DNA of 64,000 nucleotides from Ranitomeya imitator (lineage: Eukaryota): contig NC_091285.1 of the NCBI RefSeq assembly GCF_032444005.1, positions 15,500,001 through 15,564,000 of the forward strand, written 5' to 3'. Positions 1 through 13,808 of the stretch are shown one piece after another. The translations under genes and the position numbers were made by a program. Positions within the stretch are counted from its first letter, which is position 1; each line of letters starts with the position of its first letter. The notes under the pieces were generated by a model that was not told the origin of the DNA, searched no databases, and worked only from the letters and a program-made list of their open reading frames with translations.

Positions 1-1216
1 CAGTCACCACTAGGGGAGCTCCCCGTATACAGAGATACATGATAAGATTCTGTCTGCAGTCACCACTAGGAGAGCTCCCTGTATACAGAGATACATGATA
101 AGATCCCGTCTGCAGTCACCACTAGGGGGAGCTCCCTGTATACAGAGATACATGATAAGATCCTGTCTGCAGTCACCACTAGAGGGAGCTCCCTGTATAC
201 AGAGATACATGATAAGATCCTGCCTGCAGTCACCACTAGGGGGAGCTCCCTGTATACAGAGATACATGATAATATCCTGTCTGCAGTCACCACTAGAGGG
301 AGCTCCCTGTATACAGAGATACATGATAAGATCCTGCCTGCAGTCACCACTAGGGGGAGCTCCCTGTATACAGAGATACATGATAAGATCCTGTCTGCAG
401 CCACCACTAGGGGGAGCTCCCTGTATACAGAGATACATGATAAGATCCTGTCTGCAGCCACCACTAGGGGGGGCTCCCTGTATACAGAGATACATGATAA
501 GATCCTGTCTGCAGCCACCACTAGGGGGAGCTCCCTGTATACAGAGATACATGATAAGATCCTGTCTGCAGCCACCACTAGTGGGAGCTCCCTGTATACA
601 GAGATACATGATAAGATCCTGTCTGCAGCCACCACTAGGGGGAGCTCCCTGTATACAGAGATACATGATAAGATCCTGTCTGCAATCACCACTAGGGGGA
701 GCTCCCTGTATACAAAGATACATGATAAGATCCTGTCTGCAGCCACCACTAGGGGGAGCTCCCTGTATACAGAGATACATGATAAGATCCTGTCTGCAGC
801 CACCACTAGGGGGAGCTCCCTGTATACAGAGATACATGATAAGATCCTGTCTGCAGTCACCACTAGGGGGAGCTCCCTGTATACAGAGATACATGATAAG
901 ATTCTGTCTGCAGCCACCACTAGGGGGAGCTCCCTGTATACAGAGATACATGATAAGATCCTGTCTGCAGCCACCACTAGGGGGAGCTCCCTGTATACAG
1001 AGATACATGATAAGATCCTGTCTGCAGTCACCACTAGGGGGAGCTCCCTGTATACAGAGATACATGATAAGATCCTGTCTGCGGCCACCACTAGGGGGAG
1101 CTCCCTGTATACAGAGATACATGATAAGATTCTGTCTGCAGCCACCACTAGGGGGAGCTCCCTGTATACAGAGATACATGATAAGATCCTGTCTGCAGTC
1201 ACCACTAGGAGGAGCT
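1..1216 (+). repeat. 57-bp tandem repeat, about 21 copies, PRDM4 intron (CTCF-like core CCACTAGGGGGAGC)
   Basis: Unit cagtcaccactagggggagctccctgtatacagagatacatgataagatcctgtctg; an inverted arm follows at 1262-1289. Confidence 0.97.
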
Positions 1217-1328
1217 CTCTGTTTACTGTCCTATTAAGTTTTATGTATATACCATACGCATAGCTCCCCCTAGTGGTGGCTGCAGACAGGCAGAACAGAG
1301 ACACAATGCTAGAACACCCACTACTTAC

Positions 1329-3300
1329 CTACATTTGCTCCGGTCACCGACTGTCTCAGCACCAGCTGTTTGGGGAGGGACAGTCGCGCCCGGCTCTCGA
1401 TGGGGCTGTCTTCTATGAAGGTGATGGGGCCGTGCTCGGGGCAGTCGGCGGGATAGGCCCGGTTACACAGCGTGCACCCTGGGGAAACAGTAGACAGTAG
1501 GCAGACAGATGACTTAGGCACATATAGTCACATATTTCACTTTCTTATGCTTATTATATAAAAACATATTTTTTTATATAATAAAAATGTAAATAATTTT
1601 TTGTGTTTTTTTCACATTATTTTTTTTACATTTTCAGTAGATTGATGAGAAAAAGCTGCGGGGGACTCACAGATGGTGAACAGCGTGGCCATATTCTCCT
1701 TGTTGGAGTTGGAGTCCATGCGTAGGGAGGACGGGACGAAGGTCAGGCTGGCGGCGTCCACGTGCGGCAGGTCGACCACGTCCGGCGTGATGGAGGACAC
1801 GGTGACAGGCTCCAGGCTGAGGCCGTTCCCGTGTAAAGACACGGCGGTCAGGGAGGAGAGCGGGTGCGAGGTAGATAGGGCCACGCTGACTGGGTTACTG
1901 CTCAGGGCCACGGTGTGGATGGCGTCGGTGAGGGAGCTGTCCGACAGGCCGGACCTGGCGTCCATGTGATGCTCCGACTCCATCACGACGGGAAGCTCCA
2001 GGGACCCGCTGTGCAGAGGCAGCACCCCCGCGTGGCCCACGGCGTCGGGAGGCAGGTTGGCGTCCACGGCGAGAGGCTCGTGGGGACGTGACGTGATCTG
2101 TCCGTGCTCGCCCGTCACCCCCTCTATGGTCAGCTCCTCGCTTGTGATTGGGCTGTTCACCCGGGAGACGTTATCCATGCCCGAGACGTTATCCATGCCC
2201 GAGACGGTATCCATGCCCGAGACGGTATCCATGCCCATCCCTGCATCCAGCGCCACCTCGTGGGCGTCGCTGGGGTGTAAGCTCTGCCCGCCGTGGTCGC
2301 CCACCGAGCGGGAGTCCAGGGACACTATGCCGCTCTCCAGTCCTACAGAGGGTCCCGAATGGTACAAATCCAGGGAGGGATTACTGGAGGATACCGAGAG
2401 CCCGCCAGACGAGTCAACGCTCAGTGAGCTGGGGTGTATGTACTGAGGAGGAGGGCGGTCCGCCAGATACGACAAGATGCCTGGGGGGGGGGGGAAGAAA
2501 GAAGACGTCACGACCAGAAAGAAAAGGAGCCACGGAGGAGACAAGGCGTCCATGTTACCAGGACTTATACAGGCGTCATGTAATACCACAGCTCGTCAGC
2601 AGGGGGCATCGTACCGGGGAGTAAGTGACGGAAGTAGCTGTTCTCCAGGTGCGGGTACGGAGGCGGCGGGAGAGGGAAGTTACGTTCCGGGAGTCCACAC
2701 ATGACGCCGCACTCGCCGATCCCCATAGGAAGCATGACGGAGAGGGCCGAGGGCAGCGAGCCGAGAGACGGCCCCAGGTTAGGGATGGCCACCGGCAAAC
2801 CTGCGAGGGGGAAGAAGACAGGAAAAGAAACGTAACATATCGCTCTCTGTTATCAGCCACATAAGGACGGGAAGGAACTGGCGGATATCAGGGTTACTGG
2901 CCCTTTAACCCCAGTCCCACCAAGTGACATCCGTAAATCAACATCAAGGGAATGGAGTTTTTTGTTGCATTCCCCCCCCAAAAAAATTAAAATGTTTTGT
3001 GTGCCCCAATTTTGGACCGATAAAAACAAAAACAAAAGAACTGCATCTACCACCACGTACGTCTGCAGAAGGCGGCACAATACGGACTGGCCGGGTGGTG
3101 TTGCAGATTTGGCTGTGGGTGGAGGAGTAGACTTGGGCTGCTGCACACTGAGGAGTGCCCCTCTTACCTGTGGCGGTGAGAGCGTTGTGCGGCGGTGACG
3201 CCGTCAGACCCAGGTGAGTTCCCGCCACGGTCAGGGTGTTGGCCACAGAGGAGGGGCCCAGCGGCTCCATGCCCACCGCACTCAGGGTCAGCTCATTCAT
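1329..3300 (-). CDS. PRDM4: PR domain zinc finger protein 4, 5' coding exons (gene continues beyond the window start)
   Basis: GT-AG exons 3301-3168 ([14 protein letters not shown]...), 2800-2615 ([19 protein letters not shown]...[14 protein letters not shown]), 2480-1671 ([16 protein letters not shown]...[14 protein letters not shown]) and 1478-1329 ([18 protein letters not shown]...[16 protein letters not shown]). Phases join in frame, and the peptide matches vertebrate PRDM4 as I recall it, including the zinc knuckle before the PR/SET domain. Confidence 0.95.
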
Positions 3301-3357
3301 TCTGTGCAGACACAAGAAAGGAAACTCCTCAGTCAGTGCCGGACGCAGGTGAGGTCG

Positions 3358-5800
3358 CCCCCTCCTCCAGGGTCACAGGCATAGAACCTGCAGCTGCATC
3401 TCCCCCCTCCTCCAGGGTCACAGGCATAGAACCTGCAGCTGCATCTCCCTCCTCTCCCCGGTCACTGACATAGAACTTGCAGCTGCATCTCCCCCCTCCT
3501 TCCCAGTCACTGACATAGAACCTGCAGCTGCATCTCCCCCCTCCTTCTCGATCACAGGCATAGAACCTGCAGCTGCATCTCCCCCCTGATCGATCACAGG
3601 CATAGAACCTGCAGCTGAATCTCCCCCATCCTCCACGGTCACAGGTATAGAACCTGCAGCTGCATCTCCCCCCTCCTCCACGGTCACAGGCATAGAACCT
3701 GCAGCTGCATCTCCCCCCTCTCTCCAGTCAGACATAGAACCTGCAGCTGCATCTCCCCCTTCTCCCCGGTCACAGATATAGAAACTGCAACTGCATCTCC
3801 CCTCTCCTCCCCGGTCACAGACATAGAACCTGCAGCTGCATATCCCCCCTCTCCCCGGTCACAGATATAGAAACTGCAGCTGCATCTCCCCTCTCTCCTT
3901 GGTCACAGACATAGAACCTGCAGCTGCATCTCCCCACTCCTCCCCGGTCACAGACATAGAAACTGCAGCTACATCTCCCCCCTCTTCCTCGGTCACAGAC
4001 ATAGAACCTGCAGCTGCATCTCCCCCCTCCTCCCTGGTCACAGACATAGAACCTGCATCTCCCCCCTCCTCCCGGTCACAGAAAAAGAAACTGCAGCTGT
4101 ACCTCCTTCCTCTTCCCCGGTAACAGACATATAAACTGCATCTCCCCCCTCCTCCCCGGTCACAGACATAGAACCTGCAGCTGCATCTCCTCCATCATCC
4201 CCGTTAACAGACATAGAACCTGCAGCTGCATCTCCCCCCTCCTCCCCGGTAACAGACATAGAACCTGCAGCTGCATCTCCCCCCTCCTCCCTGGTCACAG
4301 ACATAAAATCTGCAGCTGCATCTCCTCCATCATCCCCGGTAACAGACAGAGAAACTGCATATCCCCCCTTTCCCCGGTCACAGACATAGAAACAGCAGCT
4401 GCATTTCCCCCCCTCCTCCCCGGTCACAGACATAGAACCTGCATCTGCATCTCCCCCCTCCTCCCCGGTCACAGACATAGAACCTGCAGCTGCATCTCCC
4501 CCCTCTCCCCGGTCACAGATATAGAACCTGCAGCTGCATCTCCCCCCTCCTCCCCGGTCACTGCCATAGAACCTGCAGCTGCATCTCCCCAATCCTCCCC
4601 GATCACTGACATACAACCTGCATCTCCCCCTCCTCCCAGGTCACAGACATAGAACCTGCAGCTGCATCTCCCCCCGATTACAGACATAGAAACTGCATCT
4701 CCCCCCTCCTCCTCGGTCACAGACATAGAACCTGCAGCTGCATCTCCCCCCTCCTCCCGGTCACATACATAGAACCTGCAGCTGCATCTCCTCCCCGGTC
4801 ACTGACATAGAACCTGCAGCTGCATCTCCCCCCTCCTCCCCGGTCACTATCATAGAACCTGCAGCTGCATCTCCCCCTTCCTCCTCGGTCACTGACATAG
4901 AACCTGCAGCTGCATCTCCCCCCTCCTCCCCGGTCACAGACATAGAACCTGAAGCTGCATCTCCTCCCTCCTCCCCGTTAGACACAGAACCTGCATCTCC
5001 CCCCTCCTCCCCGGTCACAGACATAGAACCTGCAGCTGCATCTCCCCACTCTCCCCGATCACAGACATAGAACCTGCAGCTGCATCTCCCTTCTCCTCCC
5101 CAGTCACAGACATAGAACCTGCAGCTGCATCTCCCCCTCCTCCCCGATCACAGACATAGAACCTGCAGCTGCATCTCCCCCCTCCTCCCCAGTCACAGAC
5201 ATAGAAACTGCAGCTGCATCTCCCCCCTCTTCCTCGACCACAGACATAGAACCTACAGCTGCATCTCCCCCCCTCCTCCCTGGTCACTGACATAGAACCT
5301 GCATCTCCCCCCTCCTCCTCGGTCACAGATATAGAAACTGCAGCTACATCTCCTCCCTCCTCCCCGCTAACAGACATAGAACCTGCATCTCCCCCCAACT
5401 CCCCGGTCACAGACATAGAACCTGCAGCTGCATCTCCTCCATCATCCCCGGTAACAGACATAGAACCTGCAGCTGCATCTCCCACCTCCTCCCCGGTCAC
5501 AGACATAGAACCTGCAGCTGCATCTCCTCCCTCCTCCCCGGTCACAGACATAGAACCTGCAGCTGCATCTACCCCCTCCTCCCCGGTCACAGACATAGAA
5601 CCTGCAGCTGCATCTCCGCCCTCCTCCCCGGTCACAGAAATAGAACCTGCAGCTGCACCTCCCCCCTCCTCCCCGGTCACAGACATAGAACCTGCAGCTG
5701 CAGCTCCCCCCCCCCCCCCCCGTTCACAGACATAGAACCTGCAGCTGCATCTCCCTCCTCCTCCCCGATCACAGACATAAAACCTGCAGCTGCATCCCCT
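3358..5800 (+). repeat. Approximately 45-bp minisatellite, PRDM4 intron
   Basis: Unit ccccggtcacagacatagaacctgcagctgcatctcccccctcct, with length variants. Confidence 0.95.
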
Positions 5801-5880
5801 GTCTCTATTCCAATTTAAACCACAGCCAGCGGATGAAAGGGAGAAAGAAGCCGACACCCCGAGAGCAGCCATTGCCGTAC

Positions 5881-5951
5881 CTGAATCATCCCCCGATACA
5901 GACCGACCTGGACAGGATCAATGGAGTGATGAAAACCCAGTCACAGCCGAC
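5881..5951 (-). other. PRDM4: Probable PRDM4 exon 2 (5' UTR, carries an upstream ATG)
   Basis: Acceptor tcttctgccttgctgcag| and donor CAG|gtacgg, in a short unique island between two minisatellite arrays. Inferred from splice signals only. Confidence 0.6.
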
Positions 5952-6000
5952 CTGCAGCAAGGCAGAAGACACAGTCACATCCGAGGCAATGACGCCAGTG

Positions 6001-9000
6001 AGTGAGTGCAGCTCTGGAGTATAACAAAGGATGTAACTCAGGATCAGTAATGTAATGTATGTACACAGTGACTGCACCAGCAGAATGGTGAGTGCAGCTC
6101 TGGAGTATAATACAGGATGTAACTCAGGATCAGTAATGTAATGTATGTACACAGTGACTGCACCAGCAGAATAGTGAGTGCAGCTCTGGGGTATAATACA
6201 GGATGTAACTCAGGATCAGTAATGTAATGTATGTACACAGTGACTGCACCAGCAGAATAGTGAGTGCAGCTCTGGGGTATAATACAGGATGTAACTCAGG
6301 ATCAGTAATGTATGTACACAGTGACTGCACCAGCAGAATAGTGAGTGCAGCTCTGGGGTATAATACAGGATGTAACTCAGGATCAGTAATGTAATGTATG
6401 TACACAGTGACTGCACCAGCAGAATAGTGAGCGCAGCTCTGGGGTATAATACAGGATGTAACTCTGGATCAGTAATGTAATGTATGTACACAGTGACTTC
6501 ACCAGCAGAACAGTGAGCGCAGCTCTGGGGTATAATACAGGATGTAACTCAGGATCAGTAATGTAATGTATGTACACAGTGACTGCACTAGCAGAACAGT
6601 GAGCGCAGCTCTGGGGTATAATACAGGATGTAACTCAGGATCAGTAATGTAATGTACGTACACAGTGACTGCACCAGCAGAATAGTGAGTGCAGCTCTGG
6701 GGTATAATACAGGATGTAACTCAGGATCAGTAATGTATGTACACAGTGACTGCACCAGCAGAATAGTGAGTGCAGCTCTGGGGTATAATACAGGATGTAA
6801 CTCAGGATCAGTAATGTAATGTATGTACACAGTGACTGCACCAGCAGAATAGTGAGCGCAGCTCTGGAGTATAATTCAGGATGTAACTCAGGATAAGTAA
6901 TGTAATATATGTACACAGTGACTGCACCGTCCGGCAGAATAGTGAGTGCAGCTCTGGAGTATAATACAGGATGTAACTCAGGATCTGTAATGTAATGTAT
7001 GTACACAGTGACTGCACCATCAGAATAGTGAGTGCAGCTCTGGGGTATAATTCAGGAAGTAACTCAGGATCAGTAATGTAATGTATGTACACAGTGACTG
7101 CACCAGCAGAATAGGGAGTGCAGCTCTGGGGTATAATACAGGAGGTAACTCAGGATCAGTAATGTAATGTATGTACACAGTGACTGCGCCAGCAGAATAG
7201 TGAGTGCAGCTCTGGAGTATAATGCAGGATGTAACTCAGGATCAGTAATGTAATGTATGTACACAGTGACTGCACCAGCAGAATAGTGAGTGCAGCTCTG
7301 GAGTATAATACAGGAGGTAACTCAGGATCAGTAATGTAATGTATGTACACAGTGACTGCACCAGCAGAATAGTGAGTGCAGCTCTGGGGTATAATACAGG
7401 ATATAACTCAGGATCAGTAATGTATGTACACAGTGACTGCACCAGCAGAATAGTGAGTGCAGCTCTGGAGTATAATACAGGAGGTAACTCAGGATCAGTA
7501 ATGTAACGTATGTACACAGTGACTGCACCAGCAGAATAGTGAGTGCGGCTCTGGAGTATAATACAGGAGGTAACTCAGGATCAGTAATGTAATGTATGTA
7601 CACAGTGACTGCACCAGCAGAATAGTGAGTGCAACTCTGGGGTATAATACAGGAGGTAACTCAGGATCAGTAATGTAATGTATGTACACAGTGACTGCAC
7701 CAGCAGAATAGTGAGTGCAGCTCTGGAGTATAATACAGGATGTAACTCAGGATCAGTAATGTAATGTATGTACATAGTGACTGCACCAGCAGAATAGTGA
7801 GTGCAGCTCTGGGGTATAATACAGGAGGTAACTCAGGATCAGTAATGTAATGTATGTACATAGTGATTGCACCAGCAGAATAGTGAGCGCAGCTCTGGAG
7901 TATAATACAGGAGGTCACTCGGGATCAGTAATGTAATGTATGTACACAGTGACTGCACCAGCAGAATAGTGAGTGCAGCTCTGGAGTATAATACAGGATG
8001 TAACTCAGGATCAGTAATGTAATGTATGTACACAGTGACTGCACCAGCAGAATAGTGAGTGCAGCTCTGGAGTATAATACAGGAGGTAACTCAGGATCAG
8101 TAATGTAATGTATGTACACAGTGACTGCAGCAGCAGAATAGTGAGTGCAGCTCTGGGGTATAATACAGGATATAACTCAGGATCAGTAATGTAATGTATG
8201 TACACAGTGACTGCACCAGCAGAATAGTGAGTGCAGCTCTGGGGTACAATACAGGAGGTAACTCAGGATCAGTAATGTAATGTATGTACACAGTGACTGC
8301 AGCAGCAGAATAGTGAGTGCAGCTCTGGGGTATAATACAGGAGGTAACTCGGGATCAGTAATGTAATGTATGTACACAGTGACTGCAGCAGCAGAATAGT
8401 GAGTGCAGCTCTGGGGTATAATACAGGAGGTAACTCGGGATCAGTAATGTAATGTATGTACACAGTGACTGCACCAGCAGAATAGTGAGTGCAGCTCTGG
8501 AGCATAATACAGGATGTAACTCAGGATCAGTAATGTAATGTATGTACACAGTGACTGCACCAGCAGAATAGTGAGTGCAGCTCTGGAGTATAATGCAGGA
8601 TGTAACTCAGGATCAGTAATGTAATGTATGTACACAGTGACTGCACCAGCAGAATAGTGAGTGCAGCTCTGGAGTATAATACAGGATGTAACTCAGGATC
8701 AGTAATGTAATGTATGTACACAGTGACTGCACCAGCAGAATAGTGAGTGCAGCTCTGGAGTATAATACAGGAGGTAACTCAGGATCAGTAATGTAATGTA
8801 TGTACACAGTGACTGCAGCAGCAGAATAGTGAGTGCAGCTCTGGGGTATAATACAGGATATAACTCAGGATCAGTAATGTAATGTATGTACACAGTGACT
8901 GCACCAGCAGAATAGTGAGTGCAGCTCTGGGGTACAATACAGGAGGTAACTCAGGATCAGTAATGTAATGTATGTACACAGTGACTGCAGCAGCAGAATA

Positions 9001-12000
9001 GTGAGTGCAGCTCTGGGGTATAATACAGGAGGTAACTCGGGATCAGTAATGTAATGTATGTACACAGTGACTGCAGCAGCAGAATAGTGAGTGCAGCTCT
9101 GGGGTATAATACAGGAGGTAACTCGGGATCAGTAATGTAATGTATGTACACAGTGACTGCAGCAGCAGAATAGTGAGTGCAGCTCTGGGGTATAATACAG
9201 GATGTAACTCAGGATCAGTAATGTAATGTATGTACACAGTGACTGCACCAGCAGAATAGTGAGTGCAGCTCTGGAGTATAATACAGGATGTAACTCAGGA
9301 TCAGTAATGTAATGTATGTACACAGTGACTGCACCAGCAGAATAGTGAGTGCAGCTCTGGAGTATAATACAGGATGTAACTCAGGATCAGTAATGTAATG
9401 TATGTACACAGTGACTGCACCAGCAGAATAGTGAGTGCAGCTCTGGAGTATAATACAGGATGTAACTCAGGATCAGTAATGTAATGTATGTACACAGTGA
9501 CTGCACCAGCAGAATAGTGAGTGCAGCTCTGGGGTATAATACAGGAGGTAACTCAGGATCAGTAATGTAATGTATGTACACAGTGACTGCACCGGCAGAA
9601 TAGTGAGTGCAGCTCTGGAGTATAATACAGGATGTAACTCAGGATCAGTAATGTAATGTATGTACACAGTGCACCAGCAGAATAGTGAGTGCAGCTCTGG
9701 AGTATAATACAAGATGTAACTCAGGATCAGTAATGTAATGTATGTACACAGTGACTGCACCAGCAGAATAGTGAGTGCAGCTCTGGAGTATAATACAGGA
9801 GGTAACTCAGGATCAGTAATGTAATGTATGTACACAGTGACAGCAGAATAGTGAGTACAGCTCTGGAGTATAATACAGGATGTATAATACAGGATCAGTA
9901 ATGTAATGTATGTACACAGTGACTGCACCAGCAGAATAGTGAGTGCAGCTCTGGGGTATAATACAGGAGGTAACTCAGGATCAGTAATGTAATGTATGTA
10001 CACAGTGACTGCAGCAGCAGAATAGTGAGTGCAGCTCTGGGGTATAATACAGGAGGTAACTCGGGATCAGTAATGTAATGTATGTACACAGTGACTGCAC
10101 CAGCAGAATAGTGAGTGCAGCTCTGGGGTATAATACAGGATGTAACTCAGGATCAGTAATGTAATGTATGTACACAGTGACTGCACCAGCAGAATAGTGA
10201 GTGCAGCTCTGGAGTATAATACAGGATGTAACTCAGGATCAGTAATGTAATGTATGTACACAGTGACTGCACCAGCAGAATAGTGAGGGCAGCTCTGGAG
10301 TATAACACATGAGGTAACTCAGGATCAGTAATGTAATGTATGTACACAGTGACTGCACCAGCAGAATAGTGAGTGCAGCTCTGGGATATAATACAGGGTG
10401 TAACTCAGGATCAGTAATGTAATGTATGTACACAGTGACTGCACCAGCAGAATAGTGAGTGCAGCTCTGGGGTATAATACAGGATGTAACTCAGGATCAG
10501 TAATGTAATGTATGTACACAGTGACTGCACCAGCAGAATAGTGAGTGCAGCTCTGGGGTATAATACAGGAGGTAACTCAGGATCAGTAATGTAATGTATG
10601 TACACAGTGACTGCACCAGCAGAATAGTGAGTGCAGCTCTGGAGCATAATACAGGATGTAACTCAGGATCAGTAATGTAATGTATGTACACAGTGACTGC
10701 ACCAGCAGAATAGTGAGTGCAGCTCTGGAGTATAATGCAGGATGTAACTCAGGATCAGTAATGTAATGTATGTACACAGTGACTGCACCAGCAGAATAGT
10801 GAGTGCAGCTCTGGAGTATAATACAGGATGTAGCTCAGGATCAGTAATGTAATGTATGTACACAGTGACTGCACCAGCAGAATAGTGAGTGCAGCTCTGG
10901 AGTATAATACAGGATGTAACTCAGGATCAGTAATGTAATGTATGTATACAGTGACTGCACCAGCAGAATAGTGAGTGCAGCTCTGGAGTATAATACAGGA
11001 TGTAACTCAGGATCAGTAATGTAATGTATGTACACAGTGACTGCACCAGCAGAATAGTGAGGGCAGCTCTGGAGTATAATACATGAGGTAACTCAGGATC
11101 AGTAATGTAATGTATGTACACAGTAACTGCACCAGCAGAATAGTGAGTGCAGCTCTGGGGTATAATACAGGGTGTAACTCAGGATCAGTAATGTAATGTA
11201 TGTACACAGTGACTGCACCAGCAGAATAGTGAGTGCAGCTCTGGAGTATAATACAGGATGTAACTCAGGATCAGTAATGTAATGTATGCACACAGTGACT
11301 GCACCAGCAGAATAGTGAGTGCAGCTCTGGGGTATAATACAGGAGGTAACGCAGGATCAGTAATTTAATGTATGTACACAGTGACTGCACCAGCAGAATA
11401 CTGAGTGCAGCTCTGGAGTATAATACAGGAGGTAACTCAGGATCAGTAATGTAATGTATGTACACAGTGACTGCACCAGCAGAATAGTGAGTGCAGCTCT
11501 GGGGTATAATACAGGAGGTAACTCAGGATCAGTAATGTAATGTATGTACACAGTGACTGCACCAGCAGAATAGTGAGTGCAGCTCTTGAGTATAATACAG
11601 GATGTAACTCAGGATCAGTAATGTAATGTATGTACACAGTGACTGCACCAGCAGAATAGTGAGTGCAGCTCTGGAGTATAATACATGAGGTAACTCAGGA
11701 TCAGTAATGTAATGTATGTACACAGTGACTGCACCAGCAGAATAGTGAGTGCAGCTCTTGAGTATAATACAGGATGTAACTCAGGATCAGTAATGTAATG
11801 TATGTACATAGTGACTGCACCAGCAGAATAGTGAGTGCAGCACTGGGGTATTATACAGGATGTAACTCAGGATCAGTAATGTAATGTATGTACACAGTAA
11901 CTGCACCAGCAGAATAGTGAGTGCAGCTCTGGGGTATAATACAGGGTGTAACTCAGGATCAGTAATGTAATGCATGTACACAGTGACTGCACCAGCAGAA

Positions 12001-13305
12001 TAGTGAGTGCAGCTCTGGAGTATAATACGGGACGTAACTCAGGATCAGTAATGTAATGTATGTACACAGTGACTGCACCAGCAGAATAGTGAGTGCAGCT
12101 CTGGAGTATAATACAGGATGTAACTCAGGATCAGTAATGTAATGTATGTACACAGTGACTGCAGCAGCAGAATAGTGAGTGCAGCTCTGGAGTATAATAC
12201 AGGATGTAACTCAGGATCAGTAATGTATGTACACAGTGACTGCACCAGCAGAATAGTGAGTGCAGCTCTGGAGTGTAATACAGGATGTAACTCAGGATCA
12301 GTAATGTAATGTATGTACACAGTGACTGCACCAGCAGAATAGTGAGTGCAGCTCTGGGGTATAATACAGGATGTAACTCAGGATCAGTAATGTAATGTAT
12401 GTACACAGTGACTGCACCAGCAGAATAGTGAGTGCAGCTCTGGAGTATAATACAGGATGTAACTCAGGATCAGTAATGTAATGTATGTACACAGTGACTG
12501 CACCAGCAGAATAGTGAGTGCAGCTCTGGGGTATAATACAGGAGGTAACTCAAGATCAGTAATGTAATGTATGTACACAGTGACTGCACCGGCAGAATAG
12601 TGAGTGCAGCTCTGGGGTATAATACAGGATGTAACTCAGGATCAGTAATGTAATGTATGTACACAGTGACTGCACCAGCAGAATAGTGAGTGCAGCTCTG
12701 GAGTATAATACAGGATGTAACGCAGGATCAGTAATGTAATGTATGTACACAGTGACTGTACCAGCAGAATAGTGAGTGCAGCTCTGGGGTATAATACAGG
12801 ATATAACTCAGGATCAGTAATGTAATGTATGTACACAGTGACTGCACCAGCAGAATAGTGAGTGCAGCTCTGGAGTATAATACAGGATGTAACTCAGGAT
12901 CAGTAATGTAATGTATGTACACAGTGACTGCACCAGCAGAATAGTGAGCGCAGCTCTGGAGTATAATACAGGGTGTAACTCAGGATCAGTAATGTAATGT
13001 ATGTACATAGTGACTGCACCAGCAGAATAGTGAGTGCAGCTCTGGAGGATAATACAGGATGTAACTCAGGATCAGTAATGTAATGTATGTACATAGTGAC
13101 TGCACCAGCAGAATAGTGAGTGCAGCTCTGGAGGATAATACAGGATGTAACTCAGGATCAGTAATATAATGTATGTACACAGTGACTGCACCAGCAGAAT
13201 AGTGAGCGCAGCTCTGGAGTATAATACAGGGTGTAACTCAGGATCAGTAATGTAATGTATGTACACAGTGACTGCACCAGCAGAATAGTGAGTGCAGCTC
13301 TGGAG
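6001..13305 (+). repeat. 86-bp minisatellite array, about 85 copies, PRDM4 intron 1
   Basis: Unit gcagaatagtgagtgcagctctggagtataatacaggatgtaactcaggatcagtaatgtaatgtatgtacacagtgactgcacca; the ORF track repeats every 86 nt. Confidence 0.98.
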
Positions 13306-13400
13306 AGCGATTACAATAGAGAGCCGTCTATGGCTGGCAGGGCATGCTGGGATATGTAGTCCATTCCTTAGCTTAGTGAAAACCTGCATGGACGACTCAC

Positions 13401-13620
13401 CCCTAAAATCCCTGAGGACACCTGTCCCCGCCGCCGTCACTCACACCCGTCTCTCCCGGCGCTCCGCTCTTTCATTCTTTGCTTTTTTCCTTCAACCCTC
13501 CCCTCACTGTTCTCTATTTCTTCCACTCCCAAGATGGCGCACGCGGAAGTGACGTCAGAGAGACCGAAGGAGCCAATCACGCCCTACTGGGAGGTGTCGC
13601 CGACTGGGTGGGCGGGGCTT
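13401..13620 (-). promoter_or_regulatory. PRDM4: PRDM4 promoter and non-coding exon 1
   Basis: Donor GG|gtgagt at 13400. Motif cluster at about 13531-13620: AAGATGGCG (YY1), CGGAAGT (ETS), TGACGTCA (CRE), CCAAT, GGGCGGGG (GC box). The TSS cannot be determined. Confidence 0.7.
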
Positions 13621-13808
13621 CAGTGGAGTGTGCTTCTTTGGTGTTGCTATGGAGACGAGAGAGTCCAGTGCGCGCTGCTATGAGCGTGCGTGTATAGTAA
13701 TGGGGGGGGGGGTCTGCGCCAATTTTTTTTATGTTGCCATTTTACATTGTGTTGTGCATTTATTTATTTTCCTTCCTTTCTTCCAAGAGTCAGCTTTTTT
13801 CGGTCCAC

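Noticed and set aside
1-1304. CRISPR-like regular array and 380-490 aa ORFs (also at 49549-51060)
   Set aside because: Units are head-to-tail with no unique spacers, there are no cas genes, and the context is eukaryotic; 57 nt is a multiple of 3, so frames stay open trivially.
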